From: Ectothiorhodospiraceae bacterium
GTDB lineage: Bacteria > Pseudomonadota > Gammaproteobacteria > Nitrococcales > Aquisalimonadaceae
DNA: 64,000 nucleotides
Assembly: GCA_007125985.1 (NCBI GenBank)
Contig: SLCE01000051.1
Coordinates: 4,991-68,990 of the forward strand
Reading direction: 5' to 3'
In this document: positions 28,914 through 37,053 of the stretch, in pieces
How positions within the stretch are numbered: the stretch's first letter is position 1
Layout: each line of letters begins with the position of its first letter
Translations under genes and position numbers: made by a program
Notes under the pieces: model-generated
What the model was told of the DNA's origin: nothing
The model's input: only the letters and a program-made list of their open reading frames with translations
The model's database searches: none

Positions 28914-30335
28914 TCAGGCCTCCTGTGCAGCAGCGCGCGCGGTCACGGTTTCCCGGGCCGGGCGGGTGGTCATCCAGACGTTCCAGGCCATCAGCAGCAT
29001 GCCGGCGAAGAACAACAGGCCACCGAGCAGCCGAACCATGTAGTACGGATAGGTGGCAACCAGGGACTCGATGAAGGTGTAGGTCAGGGTGCCGTCCTCG
29101 TTCACGGCGCGCCACATCAGCCCCTGCATGACACCGGCAATCCACATGGATGCGATGTACAGCACCACGCCGATGGTGGAAATCCAGAAATGCAGTTCTA
29201 TGGCCTTGACGCTGTGCATTTCCTGCTTGCCGTAGAGCTTCGGGATCAAGGCGTAGATCGCACCGAAGGTGATGAAGGCGACCCAGCCCAGGGCCCCGGC
29301 GTGCACATGGCCGATGGTCCAGTCGGTGTAGTGCGACAGAGCATTCACCGTCTTGATGGACATCATGGGCCCTTCAAACGTGGCCATGCCATAGAAGGAC
29401 AGGCTGACGATCAGGAACTTCAGGATCGGGTCGGTGCGCAGCTTATGCCAGGCGCCGGAGAGCGTCATGATGCCGTTGATCATGCCGCCCCAGCTGGGCG
29501 CCAGCAGCACCAGGGAGAACACCATGCCCAGCGACTGGGCCCATTCCGGCAGCGCGGTGTAGTGCAGGTGGTGGGGGCCGGCCCACATGTAGATGGAGAT
29601 CAGCGCCCAGAAGTGCACGATGGACAGCCGGTAGGAATAAATGGGCCGGTTGGCCTGCTTGGGCACGAAGTAGTACATCATGCCCAGGAAGCCAGCGGTC
29701 AGGAAGAAGCCCACCGCGTTATGGCCGTACCACCATTGCACCATGGCATCCACGGCGCCGGAGTAGATGGGATAGGACTGGGTCAGGCCCACTGGAATCG
29801 CCAGGTTGTTGACGATATGCAGAACCGCCACCGTCAGGATGAAGGCACCGTAGAACCAGTTGGCCACGTAGATGTGTTTCACTTTCCGCTTGGCGATGGT
29901 GCCGAAGAACACCACGGCATACGCCACCCAGACCACCGCGATGATCACCGCAATCGGCCATTCCAGTTCGGCGTATTCCTTACCCTGGGTGATACCCAGT
30001 GGCAGGGTGATCGCCGCCAGCACGATGACCGTCTGCCAGCCCCAGAAGGTGAAAGAAGCGAGTTTGGGTAGGAACAGTGGCGTTTGACACGTGCGTTGGA
30101 CAACCCAGTACGAGGTGGCGAACAGCGCGGAACCGCCGAAGGCGAAGATGACGGCGTTGGTGTGCAGTGGCCGCAGGCGACCGTAGCTCAACCAGGGCAC
30201 CTCGAAGTTCAGCGCAGGCCAGATCAGCTGTGCCGCGATCAGGACGCCGACGCCCATGCCCACGACCCCCCAGACGACGGTCATGATCGCGAACTGACGT
30301 ACGACAGTTTCGTTGTATGTGGTTTTCTTATCCAT
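28914..30335 (-). CDS. ccoN: cbb3 oxidase catalytic subunit CcoN
   Basis: 473 aa, 12 TM segments, heme-copper oxidase His ligands ([23 protein letters not shown]). Confidence 0.95.
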   Translation of the reverse strand: MDKKTTYNETVVRQFAIMTVVWGVVGMGVGVLIAAQLIWPALNFEVPWLSYGRLRPLHTNAVIFAFGGSALFATSYWVVQRTCQTPLFLPKLASFTFWGWQTVIVLAAITLPLGITQGKEYAELEWPIAVIIAVVWVAYAVVFFGTIAKRKVKHIYVANWFYGAFILTVAVLHIVNNLAIPVGLTQSYPIYSGAVDAMVQWWYGHNAVGFFLTAGFLGMMYYFVPKQANRPIYSYRLSIVHFWALISIYMWAGPHHLHYTALPEWAQSLGMVFSLVLLAPSWGGMINGIMTLSGAWHKLRTDPILKFLIVSLSFYGMATFEGPMMSIKTVNALSHYTDWTIGHVHAGALGWVAFITFGAIYALIPKLYGKQEMHSVKAIELHFWISTIGVVLYIASMWIAGVMQGLMWRAVNEDGTLTYTFIESLVATYPYYMVRLLGGLLFFAGMLLMAWNVWMTTRPARETVTARAAAQEA

Positions 30336-30414
30336 CGGCTCCGGTCCGTTTCAACTTGAATTAGGCGGTGCTCAAGCTTCGCGCAGATTATCGTTGCGGT
30401 GCCGCATCGCTTTC

Positions 30415-30428
30415 TTGATGTGGGTCAA
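30415..30428. promoter_or_regulatory. FNR/Anr box, proximal, upstream of ccoN
   Basis: TTGAT-GTGG-GTCAA has one mismatch to TTGAT-N4-ATCAA. It is centred about 86 nt upstream of the ccoN ATG. Confidence 0.6.
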
Positions 30429-30619
30429 TGACAGGCCAGCGGCGTGGGTACGATAAGCTGCATCCCCCGAGAAAACGGTATGGGCGGGACCGGCACAATG
30501 CCGCCGTCCCGCCATAGGACAACTATGGCTGTCCTGTCCGCGGATGAGAAGGCCCGCACTGGGAAAACCCGGCCCGGGTCATCGGCATGCGATTTTTTGC
30601 TGGCTATCTCAACCTTCCT

Positions 30620-30633
30620 TTGATCTGGGTCAA
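30620..30633. promoter_or_regulatory. Second FNR/Anr-like box in the ccoN / XRE divergent region
   Basis: TTGAT-CTGG-GTCAA, 205 bp from the first box and about 170 bp upstream of the divergent XRE gene. Confidence 0.5.
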
Positions 30634-30796
30634 GGTTCGGCGCAACGGCGTGGCGCAATCTGAGCCCCATCAACCGAGACGTCATGCGGCACCACGAGGG
30701 CCGGTCCCGGTGGCTTGCGCTTTGGTCAATGCATCTTGGAGCAGGTGCAGCGCCGCATGAGGGATCCACGAGGAACATGTTTGGGAGGGTGTTAAC

Positions 30797-31105
30797 GTGA
30801 ACAGATTATCGAGTGTGCAGCGCCAGGCCATGGATTACAGCCGCCGGCTCGGTCAGCGGGTGCGGGTGATCCGCAGTGTGGCAGGGTTGACGCGGAAGGA
30901 ACTGGCGGACCGTTCTCATGTGTCCGAGCGCTATCTGGCGTCTCTGGAACTGGGGCATGCGAATCCATCGCTGGAAATCCTGTTCCGGCTTGCCACGGCG
31001 CTGGATATGCCCATTGAGCGCCTGATCTGCGTGCACGCCACCAACCAGGTGCGTGTTTGCCCGGTGGTTTCCGGCGAACACCGGTTGCACGCGGCAGCAG
31101 GCTGA
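30797..31105 (+). CDS. XRE-family helix-turn-helix regulator
   Basis: HTH region LTRKELADRSHVSERYLASLELGHANPSLEIL. GGGAGGG RBS 8 nt before GTG 30797. An alternative ATG lies at 30830. Confidence 0.7.
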   Translation: MNRLSSVQRQAMDYSRRLGQRVRVIRSVAGLTRKELADRSHVSERYLASLELGHANPSLEILFRLATALDMPIERLICVHATNQVRVCPVVSGEHRLHAAAG

Positions 31106-31207
31106 AGCGGGCGCGTCCGCCGCCGGATTTGTGGTATAACTCGCCCCGTTTCTGCAATCGACGGCTGCCCGGAGGGTGGCCGGAGACCCACGCAAGCGAG
31201 GTGTGCC

Positions 31208-32737
31208 ATGACCACCATCCGGCAGGATGACTTCATCCAGAGTATTGCGGACGCGCTGCAGTACATTTCCTACTACCACCCCTCCGATTTCGTCCGGGCG
31301 GTTACGGAGGCGTACGAGCGGGAGGAATCCCAGGCGGCCAAGGACGCCATGGCGCAGATCCTCATCAACTCCCGCATGTGTGCCGAGGGCCGTCGCCCCA
31401 TCTGCCAGGACACGGGCATCGTCACCGTGTTCCTCCGGATCGGCATGGATGTGCGCTGGGACGCCACCATGGGCGTTGAGGACATGGTGAACGAAGGGGT
31501 GCGTCGCGCCTACCAGCATCCGGATAACGTGCTGCGCGCCTCGGTGTTGCAGGACCCGGCCGGTGCCCGCAAGAACTCCGGGGATAACACACCCGCGGTG
31601 ATCCACATGCAGGTGGTTCCGGGCGATACCGTGGACGTCGAGGTCGCCGCCAAAGGCGGCGGCTCCGAGGCCAAGTCCAAATTCGTGATGCTGAATCCGT
31701 CCGACAGCATTGTCGACTGGGTGCTGAAAACCGTTCCCACCATGGGTGCTGGCTGGTGTCCGCCCGGCATTCTGGGGATCGGCGTTGGCGGCACCGCCGA
31801 AAAGGCGATGGTGTTGGCCAAGGAAGCCTGCATGGAGTCCATCGACATCCATGAGCTGAAAGCCCGCGGCCCGCAGAACCGGGTGGAAGAATTGCGTCTG
31901 GAGATCTTCGAGAAGGTCAACCAGCTCGGGATCGGGGCCCAGGGGCTCGGCGGCTTGACGACCGTGCTGGATGTCAAGATCAATGATTATCCAACTCACG
32001 CGGCGAACCTGCCGGTGGCCATGATTCCGAACTGTGCCGCGACCCGCCATGCGCACTTTGTGCTGGATGGTTCCGGGCCGGCCGAACTTGCGCCGCCGTC
32101 ACTGGATGACTGGCCGGAAGTCACCTGGAGTGGCGCCGATAACGCGCGCCGGGTGAATCTGGATACGGCAACCCCGGAAGAGGTGGCCAGCTGGAAGCCG
32201 GGCGAAACATTGCTGATTTCCGGCAAGATGCTGACAGGCCGCGATGCTGCTCATAAACGGATCGCCGATATGTTCGCGCGCGGTGAGCCGCTGCCCGAGG
32301 GCGTGGATTTCAAGAATAAGTTCATTTACTACGTGGGCCCGGTGGATCCGGTGCGTGATGAAGTGGTGGGTCCGGCGGGCCCCACCACGGCAACGCGCAT
32401 GGACAAGTTCACCGACATGATGCTGGAGAAGACGGGTCTGCTGGGCATGATCGGTAAAGCCGAGCGGGGCCCGGTGGCCGTGGATGCCATCCGCAAACAC
32501 AAGGCTGTCTATCTCATGGCTGTGGGCGGGGCCGCGTACCTGGTTTCCAAGGCGATCCGCAAGTCCCGTGTGGTGGCCTTTGAAGACCTGGGCATGGAGG
32601 CAATCCACGAATTCGAGGTGGAGGACATGCCGGTCACGGTCGCAGTGGATGCCAGTGGGGAATCGGTTCATGAAACCGGGCCCAAGGCCTGGCGTGAGAA
32701 GATCGGGAAGATTCCGGTGGTCGTGGAACCCGCGTGA
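31208..32737 (+). CDS. fumA: Class I (Fe-S) fumarate hydratase, fused alpha/beta type
   Basis: 509 aa with N-terminal YISYYHPSDF...RPICQDTGIV and a C-terminal beta-domain. Matches single-chain class I fumarases. Confidence 0.9.
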   Translation: MTTIRQDDFIQSIADALQYISYYHPSDFVRAVTEAYEREESQAAKDAMAQILINSRMCAEGRRPICQDTGIVTVFLRIGMDVRWDATMGVEDMVNEGVRRAYQHPDNVLRASVLQDPAGARKNSGDNTPAVIHMQVVPGDTVDVEVAAKGGGSEAKSKFVMLNPSDSIVDWVLKTVPTMGAGWCPPGILGIGVGGTAEKAMVLAKEACMESIDIHELKARGPQNRVEELRLEIFEKVNQLGIGAQGLGGLTTVLDVKINDYPTHAANLPVAMIPNCAATRHAHFVLDGSGPAELAPPSLDDWPEVTWSGADNARRVNLDTATPEEVASWKPGETLLISGKMLTGRDAAHKRIADMFARGEPLPEGVDFKNKFIYYVGPVDPVRDEVVGPAGPTTATRMDKFTDMMLEKTGLLGMIGKAERGPVAVDAIRKHKAVYLMAVGGAAYLVSKAIRKSRVVAFEDLGMEAIHEFEVEDMPVTVAVDASGESVHETGPKAWREKIGKIPVVVEPA

Positions 32738-32806
32738 GCCGTCGGCCCTCGCTCGGGCTGTTGACCAGATGATCCGTACGGGCCACCCGGCCCGCAAGCG
32801 TGACCG

Positions 32807-32828
32807 GACCCGGCCGCTCGGCCGGGTC
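32807..32828 (+). terminator. GC-rich hairpin after the fumarase gene (possible terminator)
   Basis: GACCCGGCC-gctc-GGCCGGGTC is a perfect 9-bp stem, followed by tgccgTTcTaTT, a weak U-tract. Confidence 0.45.
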
Positions 32829-32976
32829 TGCCGTTCTATTAACCCTCAGATCTCACCGCGATAGGAGACCGGCGGGAACAGTCTGTCATGCTGAGGTTTG
32901 CGGTCATACTCAGGTATTTCCCCTAAGTTCGGCCTTCTTGCGCGCCAGCCGATGTCCGACCGGTGAGATACGCGGG

Positions 32977-33378
32977 TTAATCGTCAATCATCCCCAGGAT
33001 TGAGTCCACGATATCGCTCATGGTGATCAGGCCCTCCAGCTCATTGTGGTGGGTCACCACGATGCGCCGGATGTCATGGGTCACCATCATGCGCGCCACG
33101 TACTTGGTATCCAGTTCGCGGGAGACCGTGATCACCGGCTTGGCGCAGACGTCGTAGACATTGAGCAGGTCAATATCACCTTCCTCGGCGACAATGGTCT
33201 GCAGGATGTTGGTGTAGGTCACCAGTCCGTAGGCGTCGTGTGGATTCTGCTTGTCCACCACCAGGCATTTCACCTTTTTTTCGCGCATCAGCGCCATGGC
33301 TTCGCGCAGCGTGGCCAGTGGTGAGACGGTCACCACGTCCTTTACCATGATGTCCTTGACCAGCATCATCATCTCCAA
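32977..33378 (-). CDS. CBS-pair domain protein
   Basis: 133 aa forming two CBS motifs (VKDIMVKDVVTVSP ... VARMMVTHDIRRIVV). Confidence 0.85.
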   Translation of the reverse strand: MEMMMLVKDIMVKDVVTVSPLATLREAMALMREKKVKCLVVDKQNPHDAYGLVTYTNILQTIVAEEGDIDLLNVYDVCAKPVITVSRELDTKYVARMMVTHDIRRIVVTHHNELEGLITMSDIVDSILGMIDD

Positions 33379-33388
33379 AAAGAAAGGG

Positions 33389-33736
33389 TTACAGTTCGTC
33401 CTTGATGCGTTCCTCGAACTGGGACATCTGCCCCGTGTCGATGCCCATGATGTGCTCCAGCGGCAGGCAGAACGTCACGCCGCGGGTATGGTTGGTCAGA
33501 TCCAGTTCCTTGGAAATGGCCTTCATCACCGCCAGTGACAGCTTGCGTTCCAGAACGAAGATCAGCACGGATTGCGAGCCCTCGTAGGTGAGTCCGAAGA
33601 AGGTCTTCTTCTCCTTGGCCCCGATTCCGCGGGCGCTGAGTATGGTCACGCCCCCGGCCCCAGCGCGTTTCGCCGCATCGATGGCCTGCTCTTCGAACTC
33701 GTCAGCAATGATGGCGACAAGGGCGGAAAACTTCAT
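33389..33736 (-). CDS. P-II (GlnB)-like small signalling protein, divergent
   Basis: 115 aa with a beta-alpha-beta pattern and a T-loop-like RGIGAKEKKTFFGLTYEGS. ATG overlaps the stop of the DUF1538 gene (ATGA). Confidence 0.75.
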   Translation of the reverse strand: MKFSALVAIIADEFEEQAIDAAKRAGAGGVTILSARGIGAKEKKTFFGLTYEGSQSVLIFVLERKLSLAVMKAISKELDLTNHTRGVTFCLPLEHIMGIDTGQMSQFEERIKDEL

Positions 33737-35250
33737 GATGACTGTCCTCTGAATTTTGCGTACAGCTCAATGGCGATAGCGTAGAGCATGACGGTCACGA
33801 TCGGAAAAATTGATGCGAAGGCGATCAGTCCGAAGCCATCGATCAGCACGTCACGCCCCTCGATGTGCGTGGCCAGGCCGATGCCCAGGGCCGTGACCAG
33901 GGGAACGGTGACCTCGGAGGTGGTCACGCCGCCCAGGTCGAAGGCCAGGGCGACAATATAGCGGGGTGACAGCGCCGTGAGCAGGATCACCAGAACGTAG
34001 CCGGCCATGATGTAGTGATGGATGGAGTCGCCGGTGATGATGCGATGCACGCCGATGGTGATGCCGATACCGACGCCCAGTGCCACGAGCATGCGGATGA
34101 CCGAGCCGCGCAAGCGTCCGTTTGCAGCCTCTTGCGCCTGATTCCCCACGGCGATCAGCGCGGGTTCAGCCATGGTGGTGGCAAAGCCGATGCAGAAGGC
34201 GAACAGGTAGACGAAAAGATATCCGTCCAGCCCGATCAGTTGTTCCGCCATGCTGCTGCCGATGGGGAACAGCCCCAGTTTCAGGCCGACCACGAAGGCG
34301 TACAAGCCGACCACCACCATCACGAAGCCGGTTAACACCTTGGGCAGATGCGCGATGCGGCGCCGCAGCACCATGTACTGGAAGACCACGATCACCAGGA
34401 TGATCGGCAGCACATCCCGCACCATCAGCAGCAGATCGCCCAACATGGCCAACACCCAGTGGCCACCGTTCGCCACGACCTCGTCCTCGGTGAACTCCTC
34501 GGCCATGGCCGCGCCGTTTGCCACGGCGCCGGGGTCCGCCTCACCGAAGCTGTACACTAGGATGCCGTACAACTGCACGGTGATCATGGGCACCATCACC
34601 GCCAGCGCCACCAGCCCGAAGCCATCGGTAAGGGCGTTGCGGCCCCGTATGGAGGAAGCCAGGCCGATACCAAGCGCCGCGATCAGCGGGACGGTGACAA
34701 TGTTGGTGGTGACGCCGCCCGAATCATAGGCGAGGCCGACGATTTCCTCCGGGGCGAAAAAGGTGATCAGCACCACCAGGATGTAGCCGCCGATCATGTA
34801 CCAGTGCAGCGGGTGTCCAAACACCGTGCGCATGATGCCGATGGCCACAACGGTGCCCACGGACAAGGCGACGATGACCCGCAACACGGTTGCGCTGATA
34901 CGCCCCTCGCTAATGGTCTGTGCTTGCTCCGCCACCGCGATCAGGGCCGGTTCCGCGATCACCGTCGAAAATCCCATGCAGAACCCGAAGATCAGCATCA
35001 GCGGCAGCGAACCCCGGCGGGCGAAGGAGTTGGAAAGGTTCTTGCCAATGGGGAAGACCCCCATCTCCAAACCCTGCAGGAACAGGGCGACCCCGAGCAC
35101 CACGATGCCCAGGCCCATGGCAATGGACCACATGCCATCCGGCGCCTGCTGGAGCACAAACGCCTGGAAGACCGCGACCACCAGAACAATGGGGAGGAGG
35201 TTGCGGAAGGCATGCAGTAGGGTGTGCCAGAATTCCTTGACGTGCTCCAA
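33733..35250 (-). CDS. Integral membrane protein, tandem (fused) DUF1538-like repeats
   Basis: Two homologous halves (FQAFVLQQ...GVALFLQGLEMGVFPIG and FQYMVLRR...GLYAFVVGLKLGLFPIG), each with about 5-6 TM segments. Start placed at TTG 35250 (MEHVKEFW); the Arg/Pro-rich extension to 35385 looks non-coding. Confidence 0.75.
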   Translation of the reverse strand: MEHVKEFWHTLLHAFRNLLPIVLVVAVFQAFVLQQAPDGMWSIAMGLGIVVLGVALFLQGLEMGVFPIGKNLSNSFARRGSLPLMLIFGFCMGFSTVIAEPALIAVAEQAQTISEGRISATVLRVIVALSVGTVVAIGIMRTVFGHPLHWYMIGGYILVVLITFFAPEEIVGLAYDSGGVTTNIVTVPLIAALGIGLASSIRGRNALTDGFGLVALAVMVPMITVQLYGILVYSFGEADPGAVANGAAMAEEFTEDEVVANGGHWVLAMLGDLLLMVRDVLPIILVIVVFQYMVLRRRIAHLPKVLTGFVMVVVGLYAFVVGLKLGLFPIGSSMAEQLIGLDGYLFVYLFAFCIGFATTMAEPALIAVGNQAQEAANGRLRGSVIRMLVALGVGIGITIGVHRIITGDSIHHYIMAGYVLVILLTALSPRYIVALAFDLGGVTTSEVTVPLVTALGIGLATHIEGRDVLIDGFGLIAFASIFPIVTVMLYAIAIELYAKFRGQSS

Positions 35251-35407
35251 GCGTCCGTTCCCTGATCCGATTCGCGAAGGTGGCAGACCCGGTGCTGTCC
35301 GCGCGCCCAGGGTGCGGGCGTCAGGATGCCGGTCGTGACGCACAGCATAAGGAAAGCGGCAGCCTGATAAAACTGTTCCCTTCACGCGGTCTCATGCGCT
35401 AGAGTGC

Positions 35408-35423
35408 AGAGCGAGCGCTCGCT
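35408..35423. promoter_or_regulatory. Perfect 16-bp palindrome, candidate TetR operator
   Basis: GAGCGAGCGCTCGCTC sits in the divergent region 27 nt upstream of the TetR ORF start, followed by GGTTTTT. Confidence 0.5.
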
Positions 35424-35449
35424 CGGTTTTTAGGAAAACGGGAGCGGCT

Positions 35450-36214
35450 TTGGATACCAACGCCGGGCAAGGGATGATGACGACACCGGACTATCAACGC
35501 TTCAGGCGACAGGTTGATCAGTGGCAGCCGGAGCTGGTGCGGGAGGTGTTCCGTCAGCACCAGCACCTGATCCGGGTGAAAAAGGAGGAGGTGGCGCTGG
35601 AACGGCTGGCCATGATCTTCCGCAGCGCGCTGGATATCAGCAACCGGAAAGGCTTCAAGTCCATGAGCGTGCGCGACCTCAGTGATACCACTGGAATCAG
35701 CATGGGGGCGTTGTACGGCTATATCGACAGCAAGGATGGCCTGCTGGACATGATCATGGCTTACGGGTCCACCGCGGCGCGCTGGGCGGTCCGGGTGCCT
35801 GAGGATGTGGCCACCGCGCGGGAGCGACTCGACTGGGTGTTGCGGGCGCACCTGTACCTGTCCGAGGTCATGCTTCCGTGGTTCTTCTTCGCGTTCATGG
35901 AAGCCCGGCATTTCAGCCAACGGGCCCGGGAACAGGCCATGGACAGCGAATTGTGGATGGAGCAACTCATCTCTGAATGCTTGGCAGCGGGCAATGCCAG
36001 CGGTGAGTTCCGGGTGCAGCAGCCCGAACTGGCGGGCGCCCTGATCAAGTCGCTGCTACAGGATTGGTACCTGAAACGCTGGAAGTACCGGCGCCGAGGC
36101 CTGGATGTGGAGGCCTACGCCCGGACAGTCATGGAATTCATCGAGGCCTGGGTGCTTGCTCAGCGGGCGCCCGGGCAGAAAACATCCGAACGACAATCTG
36201 CGGAGGAAACATGA
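35450..36214 (+). CDS. TetR-family transcriptional regulator
   Basis: HTH region FKSMSVRDLSDTTGISMGALYGYIDSKDGLL. Start uncertain (TTG 35450 or ATG 35474). Confidence 0.85.
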   Translation: MDTNAGQGMMTTPDYQRFRRQVDQWQPELVREVFRQHQHLIRVKKEEVALERLAMIFRSALDISNRKGFKSMSVRDLSDTTGISMGALYGYIDSKDGLLDMIMAYGSTAARWAVRVPEDVATARERLDWVLRAHLYLSEVMLPWFFFAFMEARHFSQRAREQAMDSELWMEQLISECLAAGNASGEFRVQQPELAGALIKSLLQDWYLKRWKYRRRGLDVEAYARTVMEFIEAWVLAQRAPGQKTSERQSAEET

Positions 36215-36975
36215 AGAAAGACCTGTTCGACCTGACCGGAAAGATCGCCCTGGTGACCGGTGCCAGTCGCGGTATTGGTGAGGCTGCCGCGCGTTTGCTG
36301 GCGCAACATGGCGCCCACGTCATCGTATCCAGTCGCAAGCAGGAGCCCTGCGAAGCGGTGGCTGCCAGCATTCGTGAGGAAGGGGGCAGCGCTGAAGGGT
36401 TCGCCTGCCACGTGGGCAGCATGGATGACATTGCGGCCATCTTTGGCCACATCCGGGAACAGCACGGCCGCATTGATATCCTGGTGAACAACGCAGCCGC
36501 CAACCCGTATTTCGGTCACATCCTGGATACGGATCTGGGTGCCTTCAACAAGACAGTGGAGGTAAATGTCCGCGGCTACTTCTTCATGTCCACCGAAGCC
36601 GGCAAGATGATGCGGGACCAGGGTGGCGGCGTCATTCTGAACACCGCATCGGTGAACGGTATCCGTCCTGGCGATATGCAGGGCATCTACTCCATCACCA
36701 TGGCGGCGGTCATCAATATGACCAAGGCGTTCGCCCGCGAATGTGGTCCCATGGGCATTCGCTGCAATGCGCTGCTGCCCGGGCTGACCCGTACCAAGTT
36801 CGCCTCCGCGCTGGTGGAGAACGAGGATATCTACAACCGCGCTATCCAGCAGATTCCGCTGCGCCGCCACGCGGAGCCCGAGGAGATGGCCGGAACGATC
36901 CTTTACCTGGTGTCGGACGCATCCACCTACACCAATGGATCCTGTGTGATCGTGGACGGCGGTATGCTGGCCTGA
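36211..36975 (+). CDS. Short-chain dehydrogenase/reductase (SDR)
   Basis: TGASRGIG cofactor motif, NNAA, and a YSITMAA catalytic region. GGAGGA RBS. ATG overlaps the TetR stop (ATGA). Confidence 0.9.
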   Translation: MKKDLFDLTGKIALVTGASRGIGEAAARLLAQHGAHVIVSSRKQEPCEAVAASIREEGGSAEGFACHVGSMDDIAAIFGHIREQHGRIDILVNNAAANPYFGHILDTDLGAFNKTVEVNVRGYFFMSTEAGKMMRDQGGGVILNTASVNGIRPGDMQGIYSITMAAVINMTKAFARECGPMGIRCNALLPGLTRTKFASALVENEDIYNRAIQQIPLRRHAEPEEMAGTILYLVSDASTYTNGSCVIVDGGMLA

Positions 36976-36982
36976 TCCCGCA

Positions 36983-37009
36983 CCCCGCCCGGTTAGCGGC
37001 CGGGCGGGG
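36983..37009 (+). terminator. GC-rich hairpin after the SDR gene (possible terminator)
   Basis: CCCCGCCCGG-ttagcgg-CCGGGCGGGG is a perfect 10-bp stem. The U-tract is poor. Confidence 0.4.
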
Positions 37010-37053
37010 TCTCGCCTGAAACATGCCATGACAGTCGATGCAAGGGCCGTGAC

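Noticed and set aside
28908-30071. 387-aa plus-strand ORF
   Set aside because: Antisense to ccoN, which is unambiguous. His/Gly/Asp-rich nonsense composition.
30425-30778. 117-aa ORF in the ccoN upstream region
   Set aside because: Arg/Pro-rich with no motifs and no RBS. The region carries FNR boxes and hairpins and is better explained as regulatory DNA.
30806-32056. 416-aa minus-strand ORF
   Set aside because: Antisense to the XRE regulator and class I fumarase genes. No motifs.
32890-32925. Possible sixth, degenerate copy of the dispersed repeat (GCGGTCATACTCAGGTATTTCCCCTAAG)
   Set aside because: Only the TTTCC..TAAG tail and a few scattered positions match. This is too weak to count without a statistical model.
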